From NCBI GenBank assembly GCA_050298055.1, contig JBNKTL010000003.1, positions 81,685-145,684 of the forward strand: 64,000 nt of DNA, in the 5' to 3' direction. A program made the position numbers and the translations under genes. This document shows, piece after piece, positions 39,941-50,326 of this stretch. This stretch comes from Spirochaetota bacterium. GTDB taxonomy: Bacteria; Spirochaetota; UBA4802; UBA5550. Positions within the stretch are counted from its first letter, which is position 1. The number at the start of each line of letters is the position of its first letter. Under the pieces are notes generated by a model, which ran no database searches, was not told the origin of the DNA, and worked only from the letters and a program-made list of their open reading frames with translations.

Positions 39941-40629
39941 CTGTTCCTCTCCTCAACCTCTTTTACTGCCCGGGGGATCATGTTGAATTTATTCACGATC
40001 CAACGGGACCCGGCGATCTCCCCGTCCCCCCCGTGGCCGAAAGCGCAGCCGATAAAGGGGACGCCGTTGTCCGAGGCGGCTTTCCTGTCGGTAAATCTAT
40101 CCCCGATCATGATCAGCAGGTCATTCCCGGGCAAGGCGTCTTTATAATATCCGACTATCCCGCTCTTGTCCTTTATGTTTCCGTTGATATACGTCATGGG
40201 CCCTGAGAAAAACTTCATGAGGCCGTGAGTTTCAAGGATCGCCTCGATATACTCGCGCCTTCCGTTTGACGCGGTGAGCAGGATGTATCCTTCACCATGA
40301 AGGGCTTCCATTGTGGAATAGACATCTTCAAATATCCGGCCGCCGCCCTTTCTTATCATTGAGACGAAACTCTCCGTACACAGGTCATTGAGAATATTCG
40401 CCTCATCTTCGCCCAGCATGGGGAAGAGGGTCCTGAATATCTCATCCACGGGAATCCCCAGGACATTGACGATATCATCGTACTCCGGAAGTTTTACATC
40501 TTCCCCCTTCTCCTTTATGAAGCGGGATATTCCCTCACGAAAGGCGTCCACGATTATTTCAGTGGAATCGTAGATGGTCCCGTCAATATCAAAGGCCAGG
40601 CAGGTTTTTCTGTTCGCATTGTTGTCCAT
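39937..40629 (-). CDS. HAD family hydrolase
   Basis: FDIDGT, ASNG, MIGDRFTD. Confidence 0.9.
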   Translation of the reverse strand: MDNNANRKTCLAFDIDGTIYDSTEIIVDAFREGISRFIKEKGEDVKLPEYDDIVNVLGIPVDEIFRTLFPMLGEDEANILNDLCTESFVSMIRKGGGRIFEDVYSTMEALHGEGYILLTASNGRREYIEAILETHGLMKFFSGPMTYINGNIKDKSGIVGYYKDALPGNDLLIMIGDRFTDRKAASDNGVPFIGCAFGHGGDGEIAGSRWIVNKFNMIPRAVKEVEERNR

Positions 40630-40781
40630 ATCTTTTTACTCAGAGTTCTTCATGAGGGGTTTGTGTCAAGGATAATTAGCTGACTTGAAAAGATCAAAAT
40701 TTGAAAAAAGTTTTTAGATTCAGGCGATCCCAATAGTATTAATCTACGCGGAAAAAAATCTATGAGAAGGAGATATATTAA

Positions 40782-41267
40782 ATGAGAACAACAGCTTATA
40801 TGAAAGTAATCTATTTTGAGAAAATAGTCAGTGCTTTGGAGGTCCTTGGTGTTTCCAGAGATGAGCTGCTTTTAATTCTTTTTGAGAGAATCGCGAAAAA
40901 GGCGGTTTTTAAGGCCAAAACATTTGAAACGGTAAGCTATCAGGAGAGTTCTTATGACAGTATGTGGATAACTATGCATATCAGGTTTGATCCTGTGATC
41001 TATGAAAAGGCCCAGGACATGAGAAGGAACTATAAGTTTTCTGTTTCATGGCTTCTTGCTTATGGGATTATACATTTCCTTGATGAGATAATCAGTGAGA
41101 TGACCGGTTCTGAAGATTCTGGAAGAGAAACGGATAACTCTGATGAGAATTATTTTACATTTTCTGATATTTTTGGTGATGTGAGAAGTTTTATGAGTTT
41201 TTGGGGTGTTCCTGAAGATGAACATCTTAAGAAATTTATTTTTAATAATCCAAAAATGAAAAGATAG
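40782..41267 (+). CDS. DUF1564-like protein, paralogue 2
   Basis: TVSYQ...YEKAQDMRRNYKFSVSW; colinear with 5367..5822. Confidence 0.7.
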   Translation: MRTTAYMKVIYFEKIVSALEVLGVSRDELLLILFERIAKKAVFKAKTFETVSYQESSYDSMWITMHIRFDPVIYEKAQDMRRNYKFSVSWLLAYGIIHFLDEIISEMTGSEDSGRETDNSDENYFTFSDIFGDVRSFMSFWGVPEDEHLKKFIFNNPKMKR

Positions 41268-41343
41268 TTATCCACCATTTACTTCTTGACTGGGTCCTAT
41301 TCAGTTATTTATTAGACTGAAAACGGAACCCTGACAGGAAAAA

Positions 41344-42255
41344 ATGGATCTCTCAGTAAAAATCGGCACCCTTGAACTGAAAAACCCGGTCACAGTGGCA
41401 TCGGGCACGGCAGGCTATGGAGAAGAACTCTCTGAATTCATCGACCTGTCTCTTCTCGGGGGAATTTTTACAAAAGGACTGTCTCTGAAACCGAGACAGG
41501 GCAATAAAGGGAACAGGGTGCTGGAGACCCCCTCCGGGATGCTCAACTCAATAGGCCTGGAAAATGTGGGCCTCGATAAATTCATTGAAGAGAAACTTCC
41601 CTTTCTCCTGGACCGGAAAGCCACGGTTATCCCCAACGTGGCGGGACACTCAGTGGAAGAGAATGTGGAACTCTGCCGGGTTCTTTCGGAAACGGAAGGG
41701 ATAAGCGCACTTGAACTCAATGTTTCCTGCCCCAATGTCAAAGAGGGGGGGATGGCCTTCGGGACAAACCTGGAAACATTTACCGGCCTCGTGGAAAAGA
41801 CCCGGAAGGTCACCCGCTGTCCCCTCATTATTAAACTCTCTCCCAACGTAACGGACATTGCCCCATTCGCGGTCAGGGCGGAAGATATTGGGGTTGACGC
41901 CCTCTCCGCGGTCAATACCTTTCTCGGGATGAAGATAGACACCGGTAAAAAGAGGCCGTATTTCAACAACCTTGTGGCTGGCCTCAGCGGACCGGCAATA
42001 AGGCCCCTTGCGGTAAGGGTCGTTTACCAGGTCTGTTCCCGTGTAAAAATACCTGTCATCGGCATGGGGGGAATATCATCTCTGGATGACATGCTTGAAT
42101 TTATCATGGCGGGGGCCGCAGCTATATCCATTGGGACCATAAACCTTGTGAATCCGGGCCGTTCGGCATGGCTCACCGGGGAACTGGAAAAATATATGAA
42201 AAAAGAAGGCATTGAGCGTTTATCGGATATCAGGGGAATCGCGCAGAGACAATAA
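41344..42255 (+). CDS. pyrD: Dihydroorotate dehydrogenase (family 1B)
   Basis: ASGT, MLNSIGLEN, LNVSCPN, KLSPN, GLSGPAI. Confidence 0.96.
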   Translation: MDLSVKIGTLELKNPVTVASGTAGYGEELSEFIDLSLLGGIFTKGLSLKPRQGNKGNRVLETPSGMLNSIGLENVGLDKFIEEKLPFLLDRKATVIPNVAGHSVEENVELCRVLSETEGISALELNVSCPNVKEGGMAFGTNLETFTGLVEKTRKVTRCPLIIKLSPNVTDIAPFAVRAEDIGVDALSAVNTFLGMKIDTGKKRPYFNNLVAGLSGPAIRPLAVRVVYQVCSRVKIPVIGMGGISSLDDMLEFIMAGAAAISIGTINLVNPGRSAWLTGELEKYMKKEGIERLSDIRGIAQRQ

Positions 42256-42268
42256 ACCGGAGAGAGAG

Positions 42269-43321
42269 ATGAAGTACTGGAACAGCATTTTAAAAAATAT
42301 GACGGAATATTTACCCGGTGAGCAGCCGGAAGATATTGATGAGTATATAAAACTTAACACCAATGAAAATCCCTTCCCGCCGCCCCCCTCTGTCCTTGAA
42401 GCCATAAAGAACGCCTGCACGGAGAGGCTCCGCCGGTACCCCGACTCGCGGGCAGAAGTGCTCAGGAAGATGTTTGCCTCCCAGAACGGTCTCTCGTCCG
42501 AGAATATTTTTATCGGTAACGGCTCAGATGAGATATTTACCCTGATCTTCAGGGCATTCATTGAGAGAGGGGGAACGGTGGCATTGCCCTATCCCTCATA
42601 CCCACTTTATGATGTGCTCGCGGAAGCCAACGGGGTTAAATATGAAAAGATCAACCTTGAAAAAGACTTCAGCTATAATCTCAAGTCTTTTCTCCGGAAA
42701 AAATATGACCTGGTCATTATCTGCAACCCGAACAATCCCACCGGAACATATTGCGAAGTTGATGAAATAAGGGAGTTTCTCACCAGTTACAGGGGACTCT
42801 GTGTGGTTGATGAAGCATATATTGATTTCTACAGCGGCTCGGCTCTTTCACTGGTAAATACCTTTGATAACATTATTGTCACACGGTCCTTTTCAAAATC
42901 CTACTCCCTGGCGGGGCTGCGGATCGGTCTCGCGGCGGCGGAGAAAAGCATTATCGAAGGATTCCTCAAGATAAAAGACTCATATAATGTTGATATTCTG
43001 GCAATTGAGGGAGCGAAAGCCGCTCTTACCGACTGGAAAGGGATAAAATATAACCTTGAGATGGTAAAAAACAATAAGGAATACCTGGAAGAATACCTGG
43101 TGGGAACCGGTTTCGAAATAATACCGTCCCGGGCAAATTTTATTTTTGTCCGTCACCCCGCCGTAAGTTCAGAAGAAATTTACACAAAGCTTAAAAAAAA
43201 GAAGATCCTGGTAAGATACTTTTCCGGGAACATCAGGTCTGAATATATTAGAATAAGTATTGGTACAATGATGGAGATAAAGGCACTCTGCGGTGAACTG
43301 GAAGCTATAGTTGGAGCTTGA
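42269..43321 (+). CDS. hisC: Histidinol-phosphate aminotransferase
   Basis: KLNTNENPF, GNGSDE, NPNNPTG, DEAY, RSFSKSYSLAGLRIG. Confidence 0.93.
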   Translation: MKYWNSILKNMTEYLPGEQPEDIDEYIKLNTNENPFPPPPSVLEAIKNACTERLRRYPDSRAEVLRKMFASQNGLSSENIFIGNGSDEIFTLIFRAFIERGGTVALPYPSYPLYDVLAEANGVKYEKINLEKDFSYNLKSFLRKKYDLVIICNPNNPTGTYCEVDEIREFLTSYRGLCVVDEAYIDFYSGSALSLVNTFDNIIVTRSFSKSYSLAGLRIGLAAAEKSIIEGFLKIKDSYNVDILAIEGAKAALTDWKGIKYNLEMVKNNKEYLEEYLVGTGFEIIPSRANFIFVRHPAVSSEEIYTKLKKKKILVRYFSGNIRSEYIRISIGTMMEIKALCGELEAIVGA

Positions 43322-43952
43322 TAATTTTGCCGTAGGTATCGGTTATGGTGCTTTTCTGGATGAGCTCATCAATGGTGAGGTTTCGTTTTTCAAACCTGAT
43401 AATATCATCCTCATTGATCCAGATATTGACCTGTTCGGCCCTTGAATAAGACCTCCATTTAAACCCGATGACCATCCCCACAATCTCTTTCTCCTCAAAG
43501 ATGCTCCGGCATGAATTCACCGTGTCACTGATCTCCCGGATATTCTTTTTCAGCAGTTCAACTGCCACCCGCCCGTATGGATTATCGTCTGTTATCCCGG
43601 TATCAACATCAAGCCCGAGATAGAGCTTATCCTTTTGCTGGGACTTTCTATCAAAATAAAATCCTATGCTTCCCCTGACGATCTTCAGCTTCTTATTATC
43701 AACAATATCCACTGCCACTCCAATAAGCAGCTTGTAATATTTTTCCTGGTAGAGCGCTCCGTTGGTGGTATATTTTTTTATATCAACAATAAGGTCTTTA
43801 TATTTATTGTCCTGCTCCTTACTGTACTGTTTCAGTATCTTCTCTTCTCTCTTTTTATCAGGTTTCCCGCTACCGGTTTTTACTGATTTTGAACCGCAGG
43901 TTGAGAAAAAGAGGATGGTGAGTATTGTGACAGTTATCGATGTATTTCTCAT
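43305..43952 (-). CDS. Hypothetical lipoprotein
   Basis: MRNTSITVTILTILFFSTC lipobox-like start. Confidence 0.7.
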   Translation of the reverse strand: MRNTSITVTILTILFFSTCGSKSVKTGSGKPDKKREEKILKQYSKEQDNKYKDLIVDIKKYTTNGALYQEKYYKLLIGVAVDIVDNKKLKIVRGSIGFYFDRKSQQKDKLYLGLDVDTGITDDNPYGRVAVELLKKNIREISDTVNSCRSIFEEKEIVGMVIGFKWRSYSRAEQVNIWINEDDIIRFEKRNLTIDELIQKSTITDTYGKIIKLQL

Positions 43953-44091
43953 AGGTCTGTTGTCGTTCCTGTTTTTTCTATTTACAGGAATGAGCATGGT
44001 TATGTCAAGATAAAATGTTGGAGATGCTCTTTTCCCCAGACGATACCTGACTCTTTGACTTTGTAAATACAAAACAGAAGTAAAATATATC

Positions 44092-45387
44092 TTGACGAAA
44101 ACCGGTCTGATGCCAAAAAAAAGCATGCTTTCAGATAATAAAAAAACAAACAGATTTCTATTTCTTCTGCTGCTTTCCGCATACCTGTTCCTTACAGAAT
44201 GTACTTCTTCCGGCGGTTATTATCATCTTAACAGAAATAATCACAGGGTTAAGACCGGTCTTGAAGTCTTCATAAAAGATCACGCATACAGGTACAGGGG
44301 TGTGAAGACAATACTTGTCACAAATCACTCGGGAGTGAATTTCACCCTGAGACAGAACATAGGCCTGTTAAGGGAAAAAGGAATACCAATTGTACTGGTT
44401 CTGGCACCGGAACACGGTCTGCACGGATACCAGAACCAGTTTGACGAAAATCTTTACATTGAGAAGAAAAAACAGAACCTCCTGGTCTACAACCTTCATA
44501 AACTCAGTGACAATTCATTAAAACTGCTCTTAAAAAGCGCCGGCCTTGTGCTCTTCGACATACAGGACATGGGGATGAGGTGTTATACCTATATATCAAA
44601 CCTTAAGCATATAATGGACACTCTTAAAGGGACTAAAACCGAACTCCTTGTGCTGGACAGACCCAACCCCATATCATTTCTGGGAGTAGACGGTCCGTAT
44701 CTAAACAGTAAGTTTAAAACGAAATTTATCAGCTCCTTTCCCGCGCCGTTTATCTATGATATGACAATTGGTGAAGCGGCAAATTACTACAGACACGAAT
44801 ACGCGCGAAGTGTAAAGCTGGAGATAATCAAGATGGCCAACTATGACAGGGACATGCTCTACAGCGAAACGGGGCTCCCCTGGGTTCCCCCCTCACCCAA
44901 TCTTCCCACATATGAGTCCTCGATAATATATGCGGCAGTGGTCCTTATGGAGGGGATCAACATATCACTGGGAAGGGGGACAACCAAACCCTTTGAATTT
45001 ATCGGGGCCCCCTGGATAGAGCCCTCCTCGTTCTTAAAAAAGATCAGGAACCTCGGGTTAAAAAACTTCAGGTTCAGGCCCATATATTTCAAGCCGACAT
45101 TCAACCATTATGAGGGAGAAAAGTGCGGAGGAGTCCAGATATTCTATACCGGGGGAAAATTCAGCCCCACGGAATTTTCATACAGGGTGATTCAACTTTT
45201 AATGAAGGAATATAAAAACGTCGCCTGGCGTGCACACAGTGGATTTTACAGCGTAGACCATCTTGCAGGCACCGACCTTTTCAGAAAATCCATTAGCAGA
45301 GGCCTGACATATGAGAGTTTTTATAAAAGGTTAGTCAAAGATCTGGAGAAATATAAAGGAAAGAGAGAGGACTATTTATTGTATTAA
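44092..45387 (+). CDS. namZ: DUF1343 / exo-beta-N-acetylmuramidase NamZ family
   Basis: APEHG, FDIQDMGMRCYTY, LDRPNP, WVPPSPN, GRGTTKPF; exact start uncertain. Confidence 0.88.
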   Translation: MTKTGLMPKKSMLSDNKKTNRFLFLLLLSAYLFLTECTSSGGYYHLNRNNHRVKTGLEVFIKDHAYRYRGVKTILVTNHSGVNFTLRQNIGLLREKGIPIVLVLAPEHGLHGYQNQFDENLYIEKKKQNLLVYNLHKLSDNSLKLLLKSAGLVLFDIQDMGMRCYTYISNLKHIMDTLKGTKTELLVLDRPNPISFLGVDGPYLNSKFKTKFISSFPAPFIYDMTIGEAANYYRHEYARSVKLEIIKMANYDRDMLYSETGLPWVPPSPNLPTYESSIIYAAVVLMEGINISLGRGTTKPFEFIGAPWIEPSSFLKKIRNLGLKNFRFRPIYFKPTFNHYEGEKCGGVQIFYTGGKFSPTEFSYRVIQLLMKEYKNVAWRAHSGFYSVDHLAGTDLFRKSISRGLTYESFYKRLVKDLEKYKGKREDYLLY

Positions 45388-45389
45388 GA

Positions 45390-45468
45390 CTCCCTCCCCC
45401 CGTCCCCCGGAGGGGGCGCAAGATATTTTTCCAACACTCTTATGCCCCCTTTGGGGGTTAGGGGGTCT
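45390..45468. repeat. C/G-run REP-like palindrome between convergent genes
   Basis: CCCCCCGTCCCCCGGAGGGGG and the inverted CCCCCTTTGGGGGTTAGGGGG; related short units at ~29017 and ~49352. Confidence 0.6.
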
Positions 45469-45480
45469 TAGCTTCCTGGA

Positions 45481-47946
45481 CTACATCTGGAGAAATTTTA
45501 AATACTCTTCAATCTCTTCCGGATATTTACCCTCTCCGTCCTGGTACTTCTTGTATCTTCTGAGAAATGCCTGGTAGGTCTTTGCGGATACGTTCTTATA
45601 CCTGTTGGCAAACTTGTTGAAAGCCGGCATGCTTTCCAGCCTGTCCCTGATCTCCTGCCTGAACGGGATATGTTTAAAAAACATTCCCCGGACAATATTG
45701 TTCATCTTCATGATACCGTCCTTTTCAAAAAGCACCCAGAGAAGATAATCGTCGGCAAACCTGTCCCTGTTTGTTCTCAGGCTCTTGAACCTCATGGTTA
45801 TCTTATCCTTGGCCTCCATGGAGAGATTGGGATTCTTCTTATAGGTATTAACATAGTCAAAATACTCACCGGTGATCCCCCCTTCAATGGGGTCCGCCCA
45901 CATTGCCTGTCCCTTAATGGTCCTGTTGAGCTCCCAGCGGAAACAGGCAAGGGTATGCGCGATACTCTTCCTCAGGTCACCCATAAAAAATATCGGGACA
46001 ACAATCCTCCCCCGGGACCTCTTGTCGATACCGGAAAGTTCCTGCCAGAGAAGGGTCCGTGTTCCGAATATGGGAAGCATGATAAAATAGGGCAGCACCT
46101 CCTCCTGGATGATCTCCCGGGCATCCCCCAGCTTCAGAACGGTCTCTCGCAGGAAAACGGAAAAATCGATATCCATGATCTCCCTGACAATGTCACTGAT
46201 CTTCTTTTTTGAGCTGTAGAGCGACTTGAGGCTTCCCTTGACGGCATATTCGTTTAAAATAGGAAAAGCGGTTGCGGTGGACCCTGAACAGACCGCGGAG
46301 GTACTCCTGAGCCGCTGTTCAATCTCATATACGGTTTTTTTCAGGTTTTCATCCTCAATCTCATTCTTCATCTCTTCCGATTTTTTCCTGGTCGCGTGTT
46401 TGGCTTCCTCCCTGAGATGCGCTTCGTAAGTAAGCCCCATCTCGGTGATACTGGGCATCTCCTCACCGGAATGAATAAGAGAGAGGAAATCCTGTTCATA
46501 AAAGACGGGAATATCCGCTGTCTCCTCTCTCATTCTCAGCAGTTCAAGAAGATCATTTATCTGGGCATCTTCAAGAAGAGCTTCGTCAACAAACCCGTAG
46601 TTGAGCATAAGACGTACCGGAATGGGGAGGTTCGACTCAGCTTTGCTTCTGATGTATACCTGTTTGTAAAGCTGCCAGTACATTTTGGTGATAAATCTTC
46701 TTATCTTGCGTCCTTCTGTTTCGGTATCAAAGGGATTTTTCATCCCTTTAAAATCATTGAGAAGCTTGATGAACCGCTCCCGGAACTCCTTGTCAATAAC
46801 TGAGAATTCAAATATCTGGTTCATGGACCGGGCAACTTCCTTTATGTTCCCCTTTGAAGCGGAAGCCGCACTCCTTTCAGGTGCTGGGGCCCCCTGTCTT
46901 GCCCCGGCCGGGGCTGCTTTCCCGCCGGTCTTAAAGTAAAGATGGATCCTTTTCAGGCCGGGAAATTCCGCGGTAAGTTTACGGCCGGAAACCTCCTCAT
47001 AGACTGAATTGATCTTAACAATAAGGGTCAGAAAATCCTTCACAAAACCGTCATGAAGCCGCCCTGTGCTTTTCCACTGGTCAAATCCCCCGTTATCGGT
47101 AAGGAAGGTGGTCCAGCTTACGCCGTCCCCGAAAAGCCTGTTCATGACCTTGTAGACATGCGAATTCATTCGTTCAATATCATTCAGGACCGCAATAAGA
47201 TTTCCCGTCAGGGCGCTGTGCATCATGGCACCGATCTCAGGATCTGATTTAACCATGGATGAAGAAATCGTCCCATCAAGCATCAGGATCCTTTTCACAA
47301 ACTCATTGAGATCACGGTTGCCCGACCCGTCATCTCCTGTTTCAATTGAGTAGTCTTTATTGAAATACCTGCTGCTGTCAGTCACAAGAAATTTTGCCGT
47401 GAACTCCCGGGGGATTTCTCCCCCGCCGGATTTATATTCATTGTAGAGATCATTGGCATTCATATCAAGTTTCTCATCGGCGCCTGAAACCGAGAGTTCC
47501 TTATAAATGAGTGAGATATTATCGCTGACCCTGGATACGTTTCCGTAGAGCTTGTTTATCTTATCCGTACTTTCGGAAAAGCTTTTCTTCAGTGTATAGA
47601 GGTGTTTGAGGATATTAAGGGCCCTGGCAGGATCGGAACGGGACAGCATCTTAAATCCGCCGCTGACCGGGATCCTGGTTACCAGGGAATCTGCTATTGC
47701 CCTCACTGTCATTGTCCCCGGTTTTACCAGGTCGGGGCTGAATGAGGGAACCGCTCTCTTACCCGATAACACCCCCACCCGGGTACTCTTGGAGAGAATT
47801 ATCGACGGATCGAGACCGTCAAACTCATCTGAAGCCGACAGGATTTCCAGCGCACCGTCCTGAAGAAAAAATATCTCCTTCGGGATATTACCCTGGTAAA
47901 AGAGAACATCTCCTTTTTTTACCTGCTGTCCTGCATTACCTGTCAT
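45481..47946 (-). CDS. Large protein with N-terminal cNMP-binding-like domain (spirochaete-type)
   Basis: KKGDVLFYQG...FFLQDGALEI at the N-terminus; long helical C-terminal region. Confidence 0.75.
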   Translation of the reverse strand: MTGNAGQQVKKGDVLFYQGNIPKEIFFLQDGALEILSASDEFDGLDPSIILSKSTRVGVLSGKRAVPSFSPDLVKPGTMTVRAIADSLVTRIPVSGGFKMLSRSDPARALNILKHLYTLKKSFSESTDKINKLYGNVSRVSDNISLIYKELSVSGADEKLDMNANDLYNEYKSGGGEIPREFTAKFLVTDSSRYFNKDYSIETGDDGSGNRDLNEFVKRILMLDGTISSSMVKSDPEIGAMMHSALTGNLIAVLNDIERMNSHVYKVMNRLFGDGVSWTTFLTDNGGFDQWKSTGRLHDGFVKDFLTLIVKINSVYEEVSGRKLTAEFPGLKRIHLYFKTGGKAAPAGARQGAPAPERSAASASKGNIKEVARSMNQIFEFSVIDKEFRERFIKLLNDFKGMKNPFDTETEGRKIRRFITKMYWQLYKQVYIRSKAESNLPIPVRLMLNYGFVDEALLEDAQINDLLELLRMREETADIPVFYEQDFLSLIHSGEEMPSITEMGLTYEAHLREEAKHATRKKSEEMKNEIEDENLKKTVYEIEQRLRSTSAVCSGSTATAFPILNEYAVKGSLKSLYSSKKKISDIVREIMDIDFSVFLRETVLKLGDAREIIQEEVLPYFIMLPIFGTRTLLWQELSGIDKRSRGRIVVPIFFMGDLRKSIAHTLACFRWELNRTIKGQAMWADPIEGGITGEYFDYVNTYKKNPNLSMEAKDKITMRFKSLRTNRDRFADDYLLWVLFEKDGIMKMNNIVRGMFFKHIPFRQEIRDRLESMPAFNKFANRYKNVSAKTYQAFLRRYKKYQDGEGKYPEEIEEYLKFLQM

Positions 47947-48310
47947 CTTCCGGTCCTTCTCCTTCGGATTTTTTCAAACTGTTTATATACTCCTCCCACT
48001 CAAGGGGAAGGAGATATTTTTTCTTATTATTACACTCTTTGCATGCCGGGACAAGATTGTTTTTTTCCGACCGTCCCCCTTTTGAGAGAGGAATTTTGTG
48101 ATCCATGGTCAGATCACCGGGATTGAATTTTTTTCTGCAGTAGTGGCAGATACCGGTTGAAGTTTTCTTCCTCCACCAAGGGGATTTTCTCAACTCCCTG
48201 GCCCTGTTTTTTTCAGAAGCTATTACAGATTGTTCACTCACACCGGTGAAATAATTATGCCCTTTGTCCCTTCTCAGCCTCTTCGATCTTTTTCTGTCCC
48301 TGTATGACAT
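47936..48310 (-). CDS. HNH endonuclease
   Basis: CHYC...TMDHKIPLSKGG...NNLVPACKECNNKK. Confidence 0.92.
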   Translation of the reverse strand: MSYRDRKRSKRLRRDKGHNYFTGVSEQSVIASEKNRARELRKSPWWRKKTSTGICHYCRKKFNPGDLTMDHKIPLSKGGRSEKNNLVPACKECNNKKKYLLPLEWEEYINSLKKSEGEGPEDDR

Positions 48311-48351
48311 AGTTTAGTAATTCTCTCTTAAATAAGCTAATTTGTCAATTA

Positions 48352-48493
48352 GTAACTTCTCATCTATGTATAAAAATTGGCATGTTAACAAAAAACAAGA
48401 CTGGTGTGTCCCTGCCACCGGAGGCGGCGGGGTCACATTGTTGATGCTTTTATTGAATAAACATATTTTTTAATCATATAGCTGGGTCTTTAC
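48352..48493. mobile_element. MITE-like element copy 4
   Basis: TIRs GTAACTTCTCATCTAT / ATAGCTGGGTCTTTAC; hairpin GTGTCCCTGCCACCGGAGGCGGCGGGGTCAC. Confidence 0.75.
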
Positions 48494-48606
48494 GTCAATG
48501 ACTATTAAAACCCTGCACTTCAAGGGGTAAATCAACATCAGGGAAAAATAATTGTTGTCATAAAAAGCTCTCTCTGTAAAGATATACAAGAATTCTGCAA
48601 CAGTAT

Positions 48607-49266
48607 ATGTTTAAAATTATGAGAAAAGCAGGCTTTGTTATCATAATCATTTTATCTCTCAGCATAATCGATCCGGGATCTTCCCCGGCAGGGGACGGCT
48701 GGAAACTGGTGACAGCCAAAAACGGGATCAGTGTATTTACCCGGCCGGCCCGGGATTCCAGAGTCGATGAATTCAAGGCCGTCATCACAATAAAGTCGGA
48801 ACTTAAAGTGCTGGGGGAAGTCATGAAGGATATCCCCGCCCAGCCCCAATGGATTGCCGACTGTACTCAAGCAAAAGTTGTAAAGAGGATCAACAAGAGT
48901 GTGCTGGTAATCTATTCCGTATATAAAACCCCGTGGCCCGTCACAGACAGGGACACAGTCATTGAAACCGTTACCCGGGTGGACCCGGCATACAGGTGGT
49001 TTACGATTAATATGAAATCAGTGGATTCTTACCACGTCCCTGTAAAGAATAACCTGGTGAGGGTCAGGAAGTTGAAAGGGAAATGGACTTTCAGAAAAAC
49101 AGGGAAGAAGAGCGTCCGGGTAACCTACAGGCTCAGTGTGGACCCCGGCGGTTCACTCCCCCTCTGGCTTGCCAACCGGACCAGCAGGGAATCCCCCTAT
49201 ACCACTCTCCTTAACCTGAGAAAAATGGTTACGTTAAAAAAATACCAGAAAAAGGAAAAGAATTAG
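48607..49266 (+). CDS. Secreted START-domain lipid-binding protein
   Basis: WKLV..KNGI, PWPVTDRD, DPGGSLPLWLAN. Confidence 0.9.
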   Translation: MFKIMRKAGFVIIIILSLSIIDPGSSPAGDGWKLVTAKNGISVFTRPARDSRVDEFKAVITIKSELKVLGEVMKDIPAQPQWIADCTQAKVVKRINKSVLVIYSVYKTPWPVTDRDTVIETVTRVDPAYRWFTINMKSVDSYHVPVKNNLVRVRKLKGKWTFRKTGKKSVRVTYRLSVDPGGSLPLWLANRTSRESPYTTLLNLRKMVTLKKYQKKEKN

Positions 49267-49390
49267 ACCGGATTACAGGAACAGGCTTGAATGTATCCTG
49301 GGAAGCCCCCGGCTCATATAACTTTTCCCTTTTTTCGTACTCCCGTGAGCCACCCCCTGGGGGGGTTATCATACAAAATTCCTTAATTCA

Positions 49391-50326
49391 CTATTCAAAA
49401 AACTCTTCACTCTCCCCGATCCTGTAGCCGTTGAGAAAAGAGAGCCCGTCCATGAGTTTTTTGTTTTCCGGCTGTATACCTGTTATCTCCAGCAGGCCGC
49501 TGCCCGTACCCGCGGCCAGCCTCTTTTTCATAAACTTACCCAGCTGCCCCGGCTTCAGTTCAAGAGCGGTCTCTTCTTTTAACAGGGACACTGTCCATAT
49601 TTTCATGTTCTTTCCCCTGAACGTGGTCCACGCCACAGGTTTGGGATTAAGCCCCCTTACAAGATTGCGGATATCTTCTGAACCCAGGGACCAGTCAATA
49701 TGCGCAGTCTCTCTCCCGATCTTTTCGCAGTAGCTTGCCTCACTCTCATCCTGCTTTACCGGTACCACGCTCCCCTCTGCCAGCGACACGATTGCCCTGT
49801 TGAGGAGAGCTCCGCTTATCCCAATCACATGATTGTAGAGATCTTCCGCGGTCCAGGCCTCGTCAATGGGTATTCTCTCCCGGACAACAATATCACCCGC
49901 GTCCATTCTGCCGCTTATCATCTGTACCGTAACACCTGTCTCTTTTTCCCCGTTGATCAATGCCCACTGGACCGGGGCGGCCCCCCTGTACCTGGGGAGG
50001 AGAGAGGGATGAAGATTGATGCTCTTCAGGGGAGGGAGAGTGAAGACCTCCTCCGGGATCATGAGACCGTAGGCCACCACCACGAAAATATCCGCATGAT
50101 AGCTTTTTAGGACTTCGATGAAATCGGGATCAGAGAGGTCGCAGGGCTGCAGGACATCGATCTCCCTGCAGAGGGCAAGGTCCTTTACGGGACAGAATTT
50201 AATCTTCCGGTTCCTTCCGCACGGCTTGTCTTCCGCGGTTACCACAAAGAGCACCTCGTGCTCTTCGAGCAACTCATCAAGACAGCGGCCTGATATTTCC
50301 GGTGTGCCGAAAAAACCTATCTTCAC
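49391..50326 (-). CDS. fmt: Methionyl-tRNA formyltransferase
   Basis: FFGTP, VVAYG, NLHPSLLPRYRGAAP, MDAG. Confidence 0.97.
   Translation of the reverse strand: MKIGFFGTPEISGRCLDELLEEHEVLFVVTAEDKPCGRNRKIKFCPVKDLALCREIDVLQPCDLSDPDFIEVLKSYHADIFVVVAYGLMIPEEVFTLPPLKSINLHPSLLPRYRGAAPVQWALINGEKETGVTVQMISGRMDAGDIVVRERIPIDEAWTAEDLYNHVIGISGALLNRAIVSLAEGSVVPVKQDESEASYCEKIGRETAHIDWSLGSEDIRNLVRGLNPKPVAWTTFRGKNMKIWTVSLLKEETALELKPGQLGKFMKKRLAAGTGSGLLEITGIQPENKKLMDGLSFLNGYRIGESEEFFE

Noticed and set aside
47936..48310. Prophage or homing endonuclease
   Set aside because: No phage genes or intron context; looks like a standalone chromosomal HNH protein
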